A DNA stretch of 36,872 nucleotides from a virus (lineage: Duplodnaviria; Caudoviricetes), in the IMG/VR virus record IMGVR_UViG_3300016469_000499, positions 1-36,872 of that record, one strand, 5' to 3'. Of this stretch, positions 1-8,084 are shown one piece after another. The translations under genes were made by a program, and so were the position numbers. Position 1 is the first letter of the stretch, and each line of letters opens with the position of its first letter. Under the pieces are notes generated by a model, which was not told where the DNA came from, did not search any database, and saw nothing but the letters and a program-made list of their open reading frames with translations.

Positions 1-3000
1 AAATCAACTGCGCCATTTGCTAAGCTTGCTTTTACAAACTTTGCGCTTAATCCAGCTCTAGATAGCATTTCTTTCTTCTTAGCATCATCACCATACAATC
101 CATCAACTTTACCAACATCTGGGAATGGTTTCTTTCCTACTAAATGCTTATCATCAGAATCTCTCAAATCCTCGTTCATTGGATCTGGCTTGTATTTTTG
201 TTTTCCTGGGGTTGGCTCATTTACTCCACCACCACCTTGTAGATAAGCGGCTTTATCTAATCCAAAAGAACAATCACAGACATCACACAATCTCTTTAAT
301 GCTGGATATTTTGAGACTAAGCTACTAACCACTGATTTTACTGTTGGGCTCTCAAAAGCAGCTTTCATTTCTGGTCTTCTTGTTTGTTTTTGAATTAAAG
401 CAGCTAATTTTGGAGCAACAGGGTTTAATTCAAAAACTGCATCTGCTTTTGCTTGTAAGAAAGATTCAACTTCGCTTTGAGCAGATTTTTGGATTGATTC
501 TTTTGCCATTTCTACAATGGCTGCTCTTTTAGCAGCTCTTTCCTCAGCAGCAGCTCTTGCTAGCATTTTCTTTCTTTCTAGCTCGCTCATATTTACAGAC
601 TTAACTCCTGGATGCATCCCATCATCTCCACCCATATCATCGACATGCATTTGCTTGTCGCCTTTTTCTCTTAGATCTTTATTTTTTGGATCTACATCAT
701 ACTTAACTTCGCCTGGGGTTGGCTCTTCTGTTCCTAGATAATAAGCATTTTTTACTGACATATTTTTTTCCTCATCTAATAATTTGTCAAAACCTTTCTT
801 AATTGAATCTAATTGGCTTGCAATAGATTCTAAAACTTTATCAAAATTTACTGAAGCTAATTTTTCTGAAGCAGGTGGTCCCATTCTTAATGTTGAACCA
901 TCACTTGATTCATCTTCATCTTCATTTTCAACATCTTCTTCTATATCTTCTTCTTCGTTATTTTCAGAATCTAATTCAGAAGCATTGTCTTTTAGCTTAT
1001 CAATAACTTTATTCAAGTCTTTTATAAAATCTTCCAATGTATTTGTACTTATTGAAAATTCAGATTCTTTTAAAGATTCTGGGTTTCCATCTGACAAACT
1101 CAATTTTGCTGAAAATAATGGACTTGATATTTTTTTCAATTGAGCTTCTTTTTTCTTTACGTACTCATTTAAATTTTCCGCTGCTGCAATTATATGTTTA
1201 ATTTTTGCTTTTGGATCAGCTGGATTTACAACAATGGACAATTCAATTGGATTTAATCCTATATTTATTTCACCATATGCACTTTTTGTTTTCATATGAT
1301 TGCAAAATTCATGCTCAACCTTTGCTACTTTTCCACAATCTGTGCAAATAGCAGTTGATACCGCAGTACCCATTGAGACGCTTGGAGTAACTCTTGCTTT
1401 TACTTTATGTGCTAATTCTGGATAATTTCTCTTATCTAACGCACATAATGCAACTACTCTTTTTAATGATCTATCATAATATGTATCTACTATAAATCCT
1501 CTTACATGATCTACAGAGCTAGATTTATGATCTATACATAATGGCTTGTTAATCCATTTTTTGTGTGCAGTAATTAATTCGGATTCTGGGAAGATGTCGT
1601 TGTTACAGTTGTGAACAGCATAACCAACTTCTCCAACACAATAGCTATTATCATCCTCAACTTCTAAATTAAATACATTGCCTGTATAATTTACTTCTTT
1701 TTTATCTAATAGCTTATAAAATCTATATGAATTATTAAAATCTGATCTAATTCTTTCTTTTACTGGCTTTGTAAAATTATTAAATTTATATAAGTCAGAG
1801 AAATTTAATTTACCAACATTAAATGGAATTTTTACTCTATAACCAGGACCACCATAAACAAATCGATTGTCTATTACGGAAGTTGATTCACTATATTTAT
1901 ACAATGAACTTTGTATATTCATTGAATTTAACATAACTAATATTTGTGATGCTAAATTTTCTGATGTTGTTGTTCCAACAATTTTGCCAGACAATTTATC
2001 TACAGATCCATCGCCTTCTAACCAACCTAATATAAATTGTCTCTTTACTTCACTATTTTGATTAAAAACAATCTTTTCTGATATTGTTTTTTCTCTAGAA
2101 TACTCACCAACATATTTATAAAACATATCAGCAAATTTTACTGAGTTTAATTTAATATCACATTTATTAGATGTATAATTTAATGTTGGCTTTTTATTAA
2201 AAACAGTGTTAATTAATTTTACTGTATTGTCTATTAAATTTTGCTCATCTTTTGAAAATGTAAATACCAATCCATATCTTTTATTATCTTTTTTAATGTA
2301 TGAGCCTTCTGCTGCAAATAATCCTAATAGTCTTGCTAAATTTAAATCTATATTATCATCTTTTGAAAATGATAATTTTGGTGTAGATAAATAATCATTT
2401 TTATTTAAATTTTCTGCACTAATAAATTCTAATTTTTGCTTTTTTCTTTTTATTTTAGAAGCATTGGTATTATTAGCAGCAAAAAATTCATGATTAAAAG
2501 TTGTAATTATATCTGTACCATTTGATAATTTTAATTTTAATAGTTTACCAGAATGTGGTGTTTCAAATGTTCTTAATACTTTTTTAGAATTGCCTAAATG
2601 AGTAATAACAAAATCTCCTGCTTTTACATCTTCTATATTTTTTACAGAACCATTTGCCATTAATACTTTTGTTCCAGGAACAAAACAGTTTTTATATGGC
2701 TTTATTGTAGGATCGTTTGTTTCCCATTTCCAAGAACCATTTGCATCTACTTTCCAACCAACCTTAACTGGCTTTCCATTTTTTAACATTTTTGGAGAAC
2801 CATCATCATTGATTGCGCTGGCTTCTGCTGCGTGCATCATTACTGCTGAGAAGAATAAAAAATCATCAGCAGCAGGTGCTATCTTCTTTAAATCACTCGC
2901 TGTCTTTTTAAAATCTTCTAAAATTTGTTCGTTTAATAATGGTAAGCAAGATTCTGGATTTTCTAGCTTTATATTTGATATACTTTCGCCAAATTTAATT

Positions 3001-3005
3001 ATCAT
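1..3005 (-). CDS. Putative prohead (capsid maturation) protease fused to scaffold-like region, intein-containing; 3' end beyond the window
   Basis: Not in the ORF track. Hand translation from ATG 3005 (MIIKFGESISNIKLENPESCL...) stays open to position 1. The spliced extein reads PYKN|CNNDIFPESEL...KPLCIDH...VRGFIVD...PSVSMG...CTDC...FC.H...PIELSIVVNPADPKA, matching the His / SxG / ELSxVxxPA pattern of HK97/herpes-fold maturation proteases. An acidic linker and helical repeats follow. Confidence 0.8.
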   Translation of the reverse strand, partial: MIIKFGESISNIKLENPESCLPLLNEQILEDFKKTASDLKKIAPAADDFLFFSAVMMHAAEASAINDDGSPKMLKNGKPVKVGWKVDANGSWKWETNDPTIKPYKNCFVPGTKVLMANGSVKNIEDVKAGDFVITHLGNSKKVLRTFETPHSGKLLKLKLSNGTDIITTFNHEFFAANNTNASKIKRKKQKLEFISAENLNKNDYLSTPKLSFSKDDNIDLNLARLLGLFAAEGSYIKKDNKRYGLVFTFSKDEQNLIDNTVKLINTVFNKKPTLNYTSNKCDIKLNSVKFADMFYKYVGEYSREKTISEKIVFNQNSEVKRQFILGWLEGDGSVDKLSGKIVGTTTSENLASQILVMLNSMNIQSSLYKYSESTSVIDNRFVYGGPGYRVKIPFNVGKLNFSDLYKFNNFTKPVKERIRSDFNNSYRFYKLLDKKEVNYTGNVFNLEVEDDNSYCVGEVGYAVHNCNNDIFPESELITAHKKWINKPLCIDHKSSSVDHVRGFIVDTYYDRSLKRVVALCALDKRNYPELAHKVKARVTPSVSMGTAVSTAICTDCGKVAKVEHEFCNHMKTKSAYGEINIGLNPIELSIVVNPADPKAKIKHIIAAAENLNEYVKKKEAQLKKISSPLFSAKLSLSDGNPESLKESEFSISTNTLEDFIKDLNKVIDKLKDNASELDSENNEEEDIEEDVENEDEDESSDGSTLRMGPPASEKLASVNFDKVLESIASQLDSIKKGFDKLLDEEKNMSVKNAYYLGTEEPTPGEVKYDVDPKNKDLREKGDKQMHVDDMGGDDGMHPGVKSVNMSELERKKMLARAAAEERAAKRAAIVEMAKESIQKSAQSEVESFLQAKADAVFELNPVAPKLAALIQKQTRRPEMKAAFESPTVKSVVSSLVSKYPALKRLCDVCDCSFGLDKAAYLQGGGGVNEPTPGKQKYKPDPMNEDLRDSDDKHLVGKKPFPDVGKVDGLYGDDAKKKEMLSRAGLSAKFVKASLANGAVD
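54..752 (-). repeat. Two copies of a 67-aa module in the protease/scaffold protein (552-752 and 54-254)
   Basis: KNAYYLG..EPTPGEVKYDVDPKNKDLREKGDKQM...DGMH...KKMLARA versus KAAYLQG..EPTPGKQKYKPDPMNEDLRDSDDKHL...DGLY...KEMLSRA. Confidence 0.85.
1608..2687 (-). mobile_element. Intein with LAGLIDADG homing endonuclease (360 aa) in the prohead protease
   Basis: Begins CFVPGTKVLMANG, block B TTFNHEF, LAGLIDADG motifs LLGLFAAEG and FILGWLEGDG, ends VFNLEVEDDNSY...AVHN followed by Cys+1. Confidence 0.95.
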
Positions 3006-3480
3006 ATTTTATCCATTCTGTTATTAATTTACTTCCTTTACTTAAATTACATTTCTTGCAGGAAGGTACTAAATTTTCTATCTTATGCTCGCCACCTTTA
3101 CATAAAGGTACAATATGGTCCATATGCACAGAAATCAAAATTTGCTTACAGTAAAAACAACAATTATTATGTTTTATAATTAAATTGTTTATATCTTTTT
3201 GCTTAATAATTGAATACTTACTTAATTTTAATCTTCTTGCTCTATTGCGTAATAAAATAGATTTTTTATTTTTACTACGCCATATTTTTTGTTTTTCTAA
3301 AATCAATTGTTTATTATTAGTATAATACAAATAATTTTTATAATTTATCTTATACTTATTTAATAAATACTTTTTTTTAAAACAATCTTTGCATTGCCAA
3401 TCTAAAAGATCTTTTTTCTTTTTATTTTTAGAAAAACAAGAAGCCTCTTTTGTTTCTTTACAAGTAGGACAAAATTTCAT
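2995..3480 (-). CDS. HNH endonuclease with N-terminal zinc ribbon
   Basis: N-terminal CPTC...CKDC; C-terminal CFYC...HMDHIVPLCKGGEH.IENLVPSCKKCNLSKG. Confidence 0.92.
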   Translation of the reverse strand: MKFCPTCKETKEASCFSKNKKKKDLLDWQCKDCFKKKYLLNKYKINYKNYLYYTNNKQLILEKQKIWRSKNKKSILLRNRARRLKLSKYSIIKQKDINNLIIKHNNCCFYCKQILISVHMDHIVPLCKGGEHKIENLVPSCKKCNLSKGSKLITEWIKYDN

Positions 3481-3593
3481 TTATCTTTTTTATCTTTATC
3501 TTTTTTATCTTTAACTTTTTTCTTTTGATCTTCTGTTAATTGATCCTCATCAATAACATCTACTATTTTTACATCGCCTGTTTTTATAAACAT
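3477..3593 (-). CDS. 38-aa small protein (MFIKTGDVKIVDVIDEDQLTEDQKKKVKDKKDKDKKDK)
   Basis: Below the track cutoff. AAGGA RBS before the ATG, fills the gap, and its TGA overlaps the HNH ATG (ATGA). Confidence 0.7.
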   Translation of the reverse strand: MFIKTGDVKIVDVIDEDQLTEDQKKKVKDKKDKDKKDK

Positions 3594-3616
3594 ATTTTCC
3601 TTTATTTATAACAATA

Positions 3617-4240
3617 TTATTTATTTACATTTTTAATTATTGATAATGTTTTTGGTGTTTTAGATGGTTGGTTTACTTTTAAATCCTTATACATTTTATT
3701 CACCCAAGTTTCACCTAGTATATTGGAAGAAATATAATTCTTAATTCTTTCTTCTAATATGTTTTGCAAATCAACATATTGCGCTTGTAGTAATTTGCAA
3801 TTATCAATCATATCTTTTACAAATGTTGCGCTTTCCATGTTTGCAAATAATGACTTAAATTTATCATAAGATTTTTCTAAATCAGATACCGTATTTACAA
3901 ATGCTTTCAACATAGATGATATCTGTGGATCTGAAGAAAATCTTGTTAATGTATTTACACAATAAAAGGCACTTGTCTTAAATTCTAAAAACTTTTTAAT
4001 TGCACTATCTCTAAACTCTCTTAAATAATGCCTCTGAGATAAAATCTCTTTTGTCTCCATTTGCTGATTATTCTCAAATGGAACTTTTATTGTATTTAAA
4101 AACTCTTTTGCATCTTCTAATAATTTATCACTGTAATCAATATAATTAATTAATTGATTTGCTACAACCATCTCTTCTTCAGAGATATCATATGTCATTT
4201 TATTTATATATGAGTTTTTAATCATGAAGAAATCCTCCAT
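3617..4240 (-). CDS. Hypothetical helical protein, virion block
   Basis: 207-aa ORF in the co-oriented operon; the real start is probably the internal MIKNS. Confidence 0.75.
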   Translation of the reverse strand: MEDFFMIKNSYINKMTYDISEEEMVVANQLINYIDYSDKLLEDAKEFLNTIKVPFENNQQMETKEILSQRHYLREFRDSAIKKFLEFKTSAFYCVNTLTRFSSDPQISSMLKAFVNTVSDLEKSYDKFKSLFANMESATFVKDMIDNCKLLQAQYVDLQNILEERIKNYISSNILGETWVNKMYKDLKVNQPSKTPKTLSIIKNVNK

Positions 4241-4964
4241 AGTTTTCTACAGGTCCAGCACCAACAATACCTGCTGCATTGTCATATGTTCCAACTTGAA
4301 AAGTCTTTTTTAATTTTTTATCTTTTGTACTAGGCAAATCTTCTCTAGAAAAAGTTTCAGTTACATATTGATTATCATGCGGATAAGATCTTGTAGTATC
4401 TACATATGGTGCAAATGGAGCTAAGCTTTGTTGAGTGCCTTTATCTAAAAATGAGCTTCTTGTATCATCTATATACTCTCTACTATTATCTACAATAGAT
4501 GCATTGTTTTTATCTTTAGCTGCATTTCTAATAGTATCTTCATAAAGATGAATTGCTTTTTTCCATTCTTTTGGCAAAAATAAACCAAACCCTAAATCTT
4601 TCGCCTCTTGTATCGCTTCTTCTGGATCTACATTTTTAAATTTTACTTTTAATAAAGCTGAAACAAATCCTGTTCTATCTTTACCAGCACTACAATGTAT
4701 AAATGTAGGTCCGTTTTTTAAAAATAAATCTTCTAAATTATTTGATAATAATTTCAAAACATCTGATCTTTTACCATACATAGGTAGTATAATATGCTCA
4801 ACACCAAAGTTCTTACATACATTTTTAATTTTTAAACCATCTTCTTTATCTAAAGATATTATTTTTCTTATACCGTAATCTTTTACTAATGTAGGTACAT
4901 CTTTTAATGCAGGCGCAGAGCCTCTATATACATTTGGTAACACTTCTCTGAATCTATAAATCAT
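4218..4964 (-). CDS. Cys-based protein tyrosine/dual-specificity phosphatase family protein
   Basis: Intact P-loop IHCSAGKDRTG, N-terminal VYRGSAP and GIRKIISL; about 95-aa low-complexity tail. Confidence 0.9.
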   Translation of the reverse strand: MIYRFREVLPNVYRGSAPALKDVPTLVKDYGIRKIISLDKEDGLKIKNVCKNFGVEHIILPMYGKRSDVLKLLSNNLEDLFLKNGPTFIHCSAGKDRTGFVSALLKVKFKNVDPEEAIQEAKDLGFGLFLPKEWKKAIHLYEDTIRNAAKDKNNASIVDNSREYIDDTRSSFLDKGTQQSLAPFAPYVDTTRSYPHDNQYVTETFSREDLPSTKDKKLKKTFQVGTYDNAAGIVGAGPVENYGGFLHD

Positions 4965-5623
4965 ATGTTTCTCGCTATGTTGTTTAAAACCTCTCTAACA
5001 TATGATGCATTGTGATTAAATAAAATATGCTTTATAAATGTAATTGAATTACCCATAGATGAAGATGCTGGCATTTTTTTCTGCGCAATCTCATTTTCAT
5101 TTAGTAAAAATATTTTTCTTTTTAGCTTTAATAAAGCCATAGGTCTAGACTCTGGCTTTATTCTTCTTAATGTAAATTTTACTATATTGGCTAAATATTT
5201 TCCTACTTCTTCAGGAGATCCTAACTTATCTTGAGCTTCTTTTTTAATATTTAAATCTAAATCCAAATCTTCTTTTAATTCTAATAATGTATTTTTTAAT
5301 GCACTTTTTTCAATATCTTCTGAATCATCTAAATATAGTTTTTCAAAATTAATTTTATATTTTTCTAAAAATTTATTTAAGTCTTTTTTGTCTAGGTTTT
5401 TTCTAAAAAATCTTATCATTGCAGAATATGTAAAATCATCTGCTTTTGAAATATCTAATGATTTAGATGCTTTTTTGTTTTTAAAATATTCAATTTGTCT
5501 TAATCTTTTTTTAGCATCTTCTAAAGAATCATAGGTTCCTAAGTTTTTTCCTGATTCGGAATAAACCCTATATTTATTATCTAATCTTTTTATAAAAGAT
5601 GTTTTAACAAGATTATGATTCAT
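4961..5623 (-). CDS. Hypothetical virion-block protein
   Basis: 220 aa. The N-terminal module IKRLDNKYRVYSESGKNLGTYDSLEDAKKRLRQIEYFK resembles a small domain recurrent in phage head-region proteins (from memory). Confidence 0.75.
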   Translation of the reverse strand: MNHNLVKTSFIKRLDNKYRVYSESGKNLGTYDSLEDAKKRLRQIEYFKNKKASKSLDISKADDFTYSAMIRFFRKNLDKKDLNKFLEKYKINFEKLYLDDSEDIEKSALKNTLLELKEDLDLDLNIKKEAQDKLGSPEEVGKYLANIVKFTLRRIKPESRPMALLKLKRKIFLLNENEIAQKKMPASSSMGNSITFIKHILFNHNASYVREVLNNIARNI

Positions 5624-6077
5624 ATCTATTATAAGCTTTTAATACTTGCTTTACATCTTTAGATCTAAATAATAAATCTTCTAAATTACACTTACCATCA
5701 CATTCTGATATGTATTGAATTGTATAATCAAATAAATAAACTTTTTTACCAAATCTTATAGCTCTATTTTCTATATAAGCACAATCTAATAGCAAAAGAT
5801 TTCCAGCACCTTCTAATACTCTACCTATAATTACAGCAGGATAATTAGAACTCATTTGGTCTAGTTGAAGCTCTTCATATGACTCTCCAATCATTACTTC
5901 AATTAACTTTCCATTTAATCTTTCACCTATCATTTCGGCAAATGTTTTTTGAACAGGAAGCTCTGGCGCTTTATAACTTTCAGTCTTAAGTTTTTCAAAC
6001 TCTATTGCAGGCTTATTTACAGAGTCAACTTTTTCCACCACTTCAACATCTTGTTTTTTTTCTATTTTTTTAGCCAT
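5613..6077 (-). CDS. Hypothetical protein
   Basis: 154-aa ORF with overlapping junctions on both sides and an AAGGA RBS. Confidence 0.75.
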   Translation of the reverse strand: MAKKIEKKQDVEVVEKVDSVNKPAIEFEKLKTESYKAPELPVQKTFAEMIGERLNGKLIEVMIGESYEELQLDQMSSNYPAVIIGRVLEGAGNLLLLDCAYIENRAIRFGKKVYLFDYTIQYISECDGKCNLEDLLFRSKDVKQVLKAYNRYES

Positions 6078-7062
6078 TTATCCTTTTTATAAGTTGTTTT
6101 CTGTATTGTGAATTTTGAAAACTTGGTGTCGCTATCTTATAACCCATATTAAATGATTTTTCTAAATTAGCATTAAATATTGAATCTTTATTAAAATCTT
6201 TTATAAAGCCATCAATATCTTGATTAGAATCAACTCTTAATTGTATATCATTAGAGTTTCGTAGTATTCTAGAGTTTATTCCTAGTTCTTGTTTTAAAGC
6301 AAATGAAAATATTCTAGCATACTCTGCTTTGTCTTCTATATTTTCTCCAACAACATCAAAATATGTTTTTTTACTTTCTTCTGCTATTAAATGTTTTTTA
6401 ATTATTTCTAATAAATTATTATCTGACATTGTTCTTTGGTTTAATATTTGAGGTTGAGCTGGTTCTAAATCACCAGTAAAATTTGATTTTGCTTTATTTA
6501 ACATAGATAGTGCTTGCTTATAAACAGCACTATTTGCAGCACCTTTTATTTTATTATCTATGTCTCCATAAGAAATAACACCATCTTTATCATAATCTAA
6601 TGCTTTATTTGCATTATATGCTCTAATTTCTTTTTCTATAGGAACTTGTTTGTATTTTTGATATGTTGGATTTGATTCAACAATTGGAGCACCATAAGAC
6701 ATTTGTTGAATGTCAGATCTATATAAAGCAACAGGAAAAAAATTACCTATATACAAATGTGTAGCATTTTTAACTTTTCCTGTTTTGGTTAAATTAATTA
6801 AATGCTTTTCTATATAATCTAATTGATCAGTTCCAGATAAATCAGAAAACTTTCCTTTTTCTTTTTCATTGTAGTTAATTAATTTTCCTTTTAATACAAA
6901 TGGCATAAACTGAACTAATCCAGATGCACCTCCATCTTTATTAACAGCTTTTGGATTTAATCCAGATTCTATTGTCATAATTAACAAAACGTCTTCTGGT
7001 TTGCATCCAGCATTATTACAAACTTGTATTAATTTTTTATAAAAATCAATTCCTAAACTCAT
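6070..7062 (-). CDS. Lytic transglycosylase (SLT family) with C-terminal extension
   Basis: IESGLNPKAVN (catalytic Glu), GASGLVQFMP, EF-hand-like loop DYDKDGVISYGD. Confidence 0.85.
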   Translation of the reverse strand: MSLGIDFYKKLIQVCNNAGCKPEDVLLIMTIESGLNPKAVNKDGGASGLVQFMPFVLKGKLINYNEKEKGKFSDLSGTDQLDYIEKHLINLTKTGKVKNATHLYIGNFFPVALYRSDIQQMSYGAPIVESNPTYQKYKQVPIEKEIRAYNANKALDYDKDGVISYGDIDNKIKGAANSAVYKQALSMLNKAKSNFTGDLEPAQPQILNQRTMSDNNLLEIIKKHLIAEESKKTYFDVVGENIEDKAEYARIFSFALKQELGINSRILRNSNDIQLRVDSNQDIDGFIKDFNKDSIFNANLEKSFNMGYKIATPSFQNSQYRKQLIKRING

Positions 7063-8045
7063 ATTGATTTCGCTATTTTAAGTAAATTTTCTTTAGCCTT
7101 TTCCCAAGATGTTTTTTTACCTTTGCCTTTGCCTTTGCCTTTGTCTTTGTCTGAGTTGCTTGGAGCTGGGGGCAATATAGTTCCAGTTTCAGTTGCCGTT
7201 CCAATCATTGGCTTAGATGCAGGAAGTTCAGGCAACATAGTTTTTCTACTTGAGTCTTCGGCACTTGTGTCAACTGAAACATCTTCTTCATCTTTTAAAG
7301 TATCTATCAAATCTTTTACTACATTTTTATAAAGAGCTACAAATTTTTCATTAAACATATTATAATGCTTTTTAAATTTTTTTGAATTTTTAATATAGCC
7401 AGAAACATCTCTTTTAGAGATAGCAAATGACATTTCTTTTAATAAGAAATATATCCCTTCTTCTCCTTTTAAAATATCATTTGCTAAATCCATTAATTCA
7501 ACAATACCTTCTTTTAATTTCAATACGTCTTCTTGATGAGCCTTCTCCCAAGCTCTTAAGCTTCTACCTCTTTGTGTAAAAAAAGAATTAAAAAAACTAC
7601 TTAAATTAGCAGATTTAATTATTAATTCATTATCAATAGATGATTTTTTGCTTAAAGCATTATCCATTTTTTGTCTAAACTGAATTAATTCTTTTTTTTC
7701 TTTATTTTTTAATTTTTCAATAAATACATTTTTGTATTTTATTTTTAAAGTATCATTTAAATTTTCAAAAATTGAAGAAGCTTTTTCTAAACCATCTTTA
7801 AAATTATCTAAATACATTATACATTTCATGTATTCTTTGTATTTAAATGCTGACTTACAAGAAGATAATTGGAATTCAGGAGAGTTTTTAGAAGTAAAGA
7901 CATTTCTTGCCAAATTATCTTTTTTTCTAATATCAGCCATAATGTTTGCTACATCAGTGCTAAAATATTCAATTGCAGAATTAAAAGGATTTCTATCACG
8001 AAATATTGTATCTATTTTTGATCTTGATTGTGCTATTTTTTCCAT
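7059..8045 (-). CDS. Hypothetical helical virion-block protein
   Basis: 328 aa, starts MEKIAQ, Pro-rich and (KG)n tail. Confidence 0.75.
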   Translation of the reverse strand: MEKIAQSRSKIDTIFRDRNPFNSAIEYFSTDVANIMADIRKKDNLARNVFTSKNSPEFQLSSCKSAFKYKEYMKCIMYLDNFKDGLEKASSIFENLNDTLKIKYKNVFIEKLKNKEKKELIQFRQKMDNALSKKSSIDNELIIKSANLSSFFNSFFTQRGRSLRAWEKAHQEDVLKLKEGIVELMDLANDILKGEEGIYFLLKEMSFAISKRDVSGYIKNSKKFKKHYNMFNEKFVALYKNVVKDLIDTLKDEEDVSVDTSAEDSSRKTMLPELPASKPMIGTATETGTILPPAPSNSDKDKGKGKGKGKKTSWEKAKENLLKIAKSI

Positions 8046-8084
8046 ATTAAACCCTTATATATATTTTAATATGGAATTATTGTT

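Noticed and set aside
125-3027. Seven short plus-strand ORFs in the track
   Set aside because: Antisense shadows of the long minus-strand protease/intein frame; Ser/Leu/Phe-rich with no motifs.
7113-7150. (CCTTTG)n repeat
   Set aside because: It simply encodes a low-complexity DKDKGKGKGKG tail.
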